A stretch of 64,000 nucleotides of DNA from contig JAWBTQ010000001.1 in assembly GCA_038841535.1 (NCBI GenBank), positions 32,001 through 96,000 of the forward strand, read 5' to 3'. This document shows positions 59,900 to 64,000 of this stretch, piece after piece (the stretch's first letter is position 1; each line of letters begins with the position of its first letter). The DNA comes from Sulfolobales archaeon. Lineage in GTDB: Archaea; Thermoproteota; Thermoprotei_A; Sulfolobales; NBVN01. The notes under the pieces are model-generated. The model saw only the letters and a list, made by a program, of their open reading frames with translations, had not been told where the DNA came from and did no database searches. Position numbers and translations under genes: made by a program.

Positions 59900-60491
59900 A
59901 GTCTCCATCGGACTTGCGTGACAGCCTAGACCCTCCAGTGGATATGCAACTGCGGTGCCTCTTTAAGCTATATCGCATCTTATTGTACTTGGTCTTAGCT
60001 CTCCATGACCTCTCTTGGATAGCGTAGCTAGCGGTACCAAGAGCTATAGCTAGCGACACTGCTATCACAGCATGTGTTGAGTAGCTCATGAAGAGCGCGA
60101 ATGATGAACTACCGAGTACCGCGTACGGCAAGTACCCTCGCTTCCATGACAGCACATACAAGGCGAACACTAATACTAGTGAGACCGCTACAGCGTGCCC
60201 GTAATCTAAGCGCAACTCAGTTAGCTGGAAGAAGGCATGTGAGAGAGCAACTGAAGCAGAAACTGATATAGCGACTCTGTGAAGGAATAGCCCTATGACG
60301 AATGATACTGCGGATATAGGAATAGCTACAATGATGTAGCCGATCCCTAGTTGCGTACATAGAGTAGAGCCCGCTATGAGTAACGCAGTGACAGTGAGTG
60401 ATATAGCAGAAACCACTCTTCTAGCACTGTACCCGTAAACTGCTACTAAGGCACTGAGAAACGCTAGTAGGTATGTGGCTACCGTGTTCAA
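59880..60491 (-). CDS. Hypothetical multi-pass membrane protein
   Basis: Hydrophobic 203-aa ORF directly downstream of htpX. Confidence 0.65.
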   Translation of the reverse strand: MNTVATYLLAFLSALVAVYGYSARRVVSAISLTVTALLIAGSTLCTQLGIGYIIVAIPISAVSFVIGLFLHRVAISVSASVALSHAFFQLTELRLDYGHAVAVSLVLVFALYVLSWKRGYLPYAVLGSSSFALFMSYSTHAVIAVSLAIALGTASYAIQERSWRAKTKYNKMRYSLKRHRSCISTGGSRLSRKSDGDSKVESF

Positions 60492-60496
60492 ACACC

Positions 60497-61651
60497 CTAA
60501 GCCTTTATCTCTCGCCCAAGCAGTGTTTCAAGAAACGCTATTCTCTTCCATATGGGTGGGTGAGTTGATAGAAGTTCCTCTAGCCCGATAAATGGCTCAG
60601 TAAAAGCGTAGATGAATAGAGTCTTAAGCCTACTGTTTGCTACAGTCGACTTGCCAAAGCGCTTATAGAATCCGTCTAGGGACCGCAGAGCCCCGATCAT
60701 GGCGTATGGAGACGTTACTTTAGCTCCATGCGCATCAGCATAGAACTCCCTCAACCTCGATAGAGCTAGCACGGCAAACTGAATTAGTATACTCAGGGCC
60801 ATTATGACTCCCCCTACAGCAACCAATAGAAGCCCCGAGCTACCGTTACGCCTTCTGCTGCCGTCTGCGTACCTACCTGAGTAGAGTCCAATAAAGAGAA
60901 GTAACCTGCCCATGTAGTATATAGCCGTGGGAAGAATCCCGAAGACCATCATTACTGAGTTGTCTCTATGCCTATGGTGGCCAAGCTCGTGGCCTATAAC
61001 AGCCTTTAGCTCCTCATCGCTTCTGAGAGTTCTAAGTAAGCCATCAGTAATAGCAACAAACCTTCCAGCTATAGGGGAAGAATACGCAAATGCGTTTGGC
61101 ACTGTCATGGACGACTTCATCGCCTTAGGAGGTTTCATACCGGCTTTTCTAGCTACCTCATTAACCAGCTTCTGGAGCTCGGGGTCGTACCTGCAGCCGT
61201 AGAATACGTTAACTAGATATGGAGAGAAAAGCCATGTAACCACTGAAGGTACAACCGCAAATAAGAACGCTATTGATGCTAGACTAACCGTCAGCTCCTC
61301 ACCCAAGAGGTAAGACACTAGTCCGATTATTAGAACTACACCACCAATTACAGCAGCCGCCGTAGATATCATTGAAGCTCTTAAAGCATCTATGTCTGCG
61401 GGAACTCTTTTTTCTATAAACCTACCCAGGATTACACCAGAGAGAACTAGTGTCACTATGGCTATGACGTACCCTAAGACGTCTACGAGCCACCACAACC
61501 ACATGAACCTAAAGATACCGATAGGAGCTATGAACCCTGGTGCGAAGTAGTGAAGGAGTAACTGGATGGCGAGTAGTGTCACGACCGCTATAGAGAGCAG
61601 AGATAGAGCCAGTAGGACCTTAGCCTTCACCGAGATCACCACTCCAAACAT
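60497..61651 (-). CDS. htpX: Zinc metalloprotease HtpX (M48)
   Basis: PNAFAY, HELGH, SRLREFYAD and STHPP. Confidence 0.9.
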   Translation of the reverse strand: MFGVVISVKAKVLLALSLLSIAVVTLLAIQLLLHYFAPGFIAPIGIFRFMWLWWLVDVLGYVIAIVTLVLSGVILGRFIEKRVPADIDALRASMISTAAAVIGGVVLIIGLVSYLLGEELTVSLASIAFLFAVVPSVVTWLFSPYLVNVFYGCRYDPELQKLVNEVARKAGMKPPKAMKSSMTVPNAFAYSSPIAGRFVAITDGLLRTLRSDEELKAVIGHELGHHRHRDNSVMMVFGILPTAIYYMGRLLLFIGLYSGRYADGSRRRNGSSGLLLVAVGGVIMALSILIQFAVLALSRLREFYADAHGAKVTSPYAMIGALRSLDGFYKRFGKSTVANSRLKTLFIYAFTEPFIGLEELLSTHPPIWKRIAFLETLLGREIKA

Positions 61652-62352
61652 CTTCCTTTATTTTCACTTAAAAATCTTCCTTGAGCCCTAACGACACTCT
61701 CAAGCGCTTCCCTGGGAGATGGGGCCGCAACAACCCTACTGCCAACAATTTCCACATCAGCTCCGTAGCATAGAGCCTCACCTGGTTCTGCTCCAGCCGC
61801 GAAAATCCCTGGTGAGAGAATGACGTACCTGTTTCTAAAGGTCTCTCTTAAGTCACGGATAATCGTGGTCTTGCTTGCCGGAACAATCAACCCGTCCGGG
61901 TCTACTTGAGGTATCATCTTCTTGATATCTGGGTACTTACTGTCGATCATAAAGGAAGCCGGGTGGTCGAACGTTATCTGAAGAAGTAGCTCGACCCCTA
62001 CGCTTTCACACTTCCTTGACACTCTATCTAACACTCCTTCATACCCCATGAAGGCGTTAACTACGACCCCGTTAAACCCGGTGTCTCTTACTAGCTCTAC
62101 GGTGTACTCGATTATTTGAGCTATGTCTCCAAGCTTTAAGTCGGCAATGAAGTACGTGCTCGGCGATGAGTCTATGAGGTTCTTAAGAGTCTTCAATCCC
62201 TTACTTAATATAAACGGCGTTCCTATCTTAAAGCCTGCGACGATGTTCTTCGTGCTAGACACGAGTTCTGCTGCAAAGCCTAAGTCTAGTTTAGGGTTGT
62301 CTATGGCTATCATCAACCTACTTTGAGCTCTACTGACGGCTTCTCTTATCAA
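61636..62352 (-). CDS. pyrF: OMP decarboxylase-like protein (divergent)
   Basis: IAID, GFKIG, DLKLGDI and SPG; phosphate-binding motifs altered. Confidence 0.7.
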   Translation of the reverse strand: MIREAVSRAQSRLMIAIDNPKLDLGFAAELVSSTKNIVAGFKIGTPFILSKGLKTLKNLIDSSPSTYFIADLKLGDIAQIIEYTVELVRDTGFNGVVVNAFMGYEGVLDRVSRKCESVGVELLLQITFDHPASFMIDSKYPDIKKMIPQVDPDGLIVPASKTTIIRDLRETFRNRYVILSPGIFAAGAEPGEALCYGADVEIVGSRVVAAPSPREALESVVRAQGRFLSENKGRCLEW

Positions 62353-62760
62353 TTCTCAGCACCAAACTCTAGATTCGTATACGGCATTAAAACTACTCAG
62401 TATACTTATTTTTAAGTTGCACTAGCATTCGTCCGCAAAGACGTATATTGAGAGATCTTTATCACTAAACTAAAGGCTGCCCTTGGTATTTAATTTTGCC
62501 GGTATAAAGCTTCAGCACTATCTACTTCTCAGCTATCTCCTTAGAGTTGCTCACCGCAATTGCTCTACCGAGCTAGCTTGAGTTCCCGCAACCCTACACT
62601 CCAGCCCACCGAGTTGCGGGAATAGATCGAGTAAGGTATGAATACCTCAAAAGAATGAGACTAACTCGAGAACACCTAGTAAGAAAAACTGAAGATCGTA
62701 AAGATTTTATAAAGTATCCCACTAATCACGAGTCTGGAGTAAGATGTAGGTGGGACTTCC

Positions 62761-64000
62761 TTGTATGACTTAGTGGTGTTGGGTGGTGGTCCGGCAGGCT
62801 ACTTGGCTGCTGCTAGAGCTAGCTCCCAAGGGCTTCGGGTTGCTCTAGTCGAGAAAAGATTACTCGGTGGTGAATGTACAAACTGGGGCTGTATACCTAC
62901 TAAGACTCTAATAGAAGTATCTGAGAGCTATTACAGGATGAAGCTTATGCAGCAAGCAGGTTTTTCTTTTGATGTCAAGTCAATAGCGTGGGATCAGCTC
63001 GCAGATTATATATCTAGAGCGGCTTGGCGATCTCGGGAGGGTATCAAGACACTTCTCAGCGATGTCGAGATAATTGAGGGTTTTGGTAGACTTGCTAGTC
63101 CCAGGAAGGTTAGAGTAGAAGTTGGTGGATCTACTAGAGACCTAGAGTCTAAGTATATTCTAGTAGCTACTGGTTCGGACCCCAAAGACCTTCCATCCGC
63201 CAGAGTAGACGGTGAATACGTAATTACGAATAGAGAGTTCTTCGAGTTAAAGAGGCTCCCGGATTCTATAACCGTGATCGGTGCTGGAGCCATCGGAGTA
63301 GAGATAGCTACGGCGCTAGCTATGTTGGGTAAGGAGGTCTACTTAGTTGAGCTGCTTGAAAGACCTCTCTACTTTACTGACCCGGACGTCTCAGCTGTAG
63401 TCGAGAGGAATCTCAGGAGGCTAGGCATTAAAATGTTTTTTAGAGCTATCACTAAGAGTGTCGACAGAGTGAATGGAGCTACTACTACGACTATTTCTCT
63501 AGGTGACGGGTCGGCGAAGGTCTTGAAGTCCGAGAAGGTGCTGGTGGCCGTAGGGAGAAAACCTAACGTAGAAAACATAGGGCTTGAGGATGTGGGAGTG
63601 GAGTACGATACTAAATCCGGTATAAAGGTAGATGAGAGTATGGTCACAAGCGTGTCAAGCATCCTGGCGGCTGGTGATGTGACTGGACCTCCTCAACTAG
63701 CTCACAAAGCCTTGAGGGAAGCTGTAATTGCTTCAGACTTCATTGTGGGGTACAGGAATTCGTTACCGAGGACTCCAATCCCCCAGGTCGTGTTTTCCCA
63801 TCCACAGGTAGCTCTTGTAGGACTAACAGAGCAGGACGCTGTAGTAGCAGGTGTAAGCTACAAAGTCTTCAAATTCCCCTATGTAGCCCTTGGGAGAAAT
63901 ACTACCGCGCTAGTTAAGAGTAGTGAGGGCTTTGCTAAGGTTCTAGTAGCTAACGATGGTAGAATACTAGGTGCTCAAATAGTGGGCAACGAAGCATCGG
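62761..64000 (+). CDS. lpdA: Dihydrolipoamide dehydrogenase family flavoprotein, partial (runs off the window)
   Basis: TTG start MYDLVVLGGGPAG, GGECTNWGCIPTK, ATGS, GAGAIG and AAGD..LAHKA. Confidence 0.88.
   Translation, partial: MYDLVVLGGGPAGYLAAARASSQGLRVALVEKRLLGGECTNWGCIPTKTLIEVSESYYRMKLMQQAGFSFDVKSIAWDQLADYISRAAWRSREGIKTLLSDVEIIEGFGRLASPRKVRVEVGGSTRDLESKYILVATGSDPKDLPSARVDGEYVITNREFFELKRLPDSITVIGAGAIGVEIATALAMLGKEVYLVELLERPLYFTDPDVSAVVERNLRRLGIKMFFRAITKSVDRVNGATTTTISLGDGSAKVLKSEKVLVAVGRKPNVENIGLEDVGVEYDTKSGIKVDESMVTSVSSILAAGDVTGPPQLAHKALREAVIASDFIVGYRNSLPRTPIPQVVFSHPQVALVGLTEQDAVVAGVSYKVFKFPYVALGRNTTALVKSSEGFAKVLVANDGRILGAQIVGNEAS

Noticed and set aside
719-63662. Many short antisense or nested ORFs in the track (e.g. 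16583..17176, 30488..30922, 41680..42057, 63006..63293)
   Set aside because: They are shadows of well-supported genes on the opposite strand or in another frame.
1-64000. CRISPR array or cas genes
   Set aside because: No regularly spaced direct repeats and no Cas-like proteins were seen.

Overview
This is a chromosomal segment of a crenarchaeote (Thermoprotei, Desulfurococcales/Sulfolobales-like), judged from TBP, Cdc6/Orc1, Sua5, RtcA, the archaeal HMG-CoA synthase/thiolase/DUF35 operon, GC-rich tRNAs and C/D-box RNAs. It holds about 55 mostly housekeeping or metabolic CDS, tRNA-Arg(TCT), tRNA-Leu(TAG) and three C/D-box guide RNA candidates. It also contains a broken IS607/IS605-type tnpB and several gene remnants. 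The most notable signal is a dispersed family of 230-300 bp protein-less TnpB mini-elements at about 5.2, 9.8 and 28.3 kb. Each keeps an element left end, an archaeal BRE/TATA-like promoter and a conserved GATGA-RRR-GT(C/T)GAGAGC leader, fused directly to a tnpB 3' end (omegaRNA scaffold) and right end. Two different scaffolds are used, so these are candidate stand-alone guide-RNA cassettes. Other items worth a second look are an uncharacterised AroM/DUF917/racemase/DUF1177/OPT/D-aminoacylase cluster, an orphan GlmL-like ATPase operon behind a multi-hairpin region, a thiolase lacking its Cys nucleophile, a probable non-canonical pyrH start, and identical 122-bp 3' ends on oppD and oppF. All family calls come from motif recognition by eye; no database searches were run.
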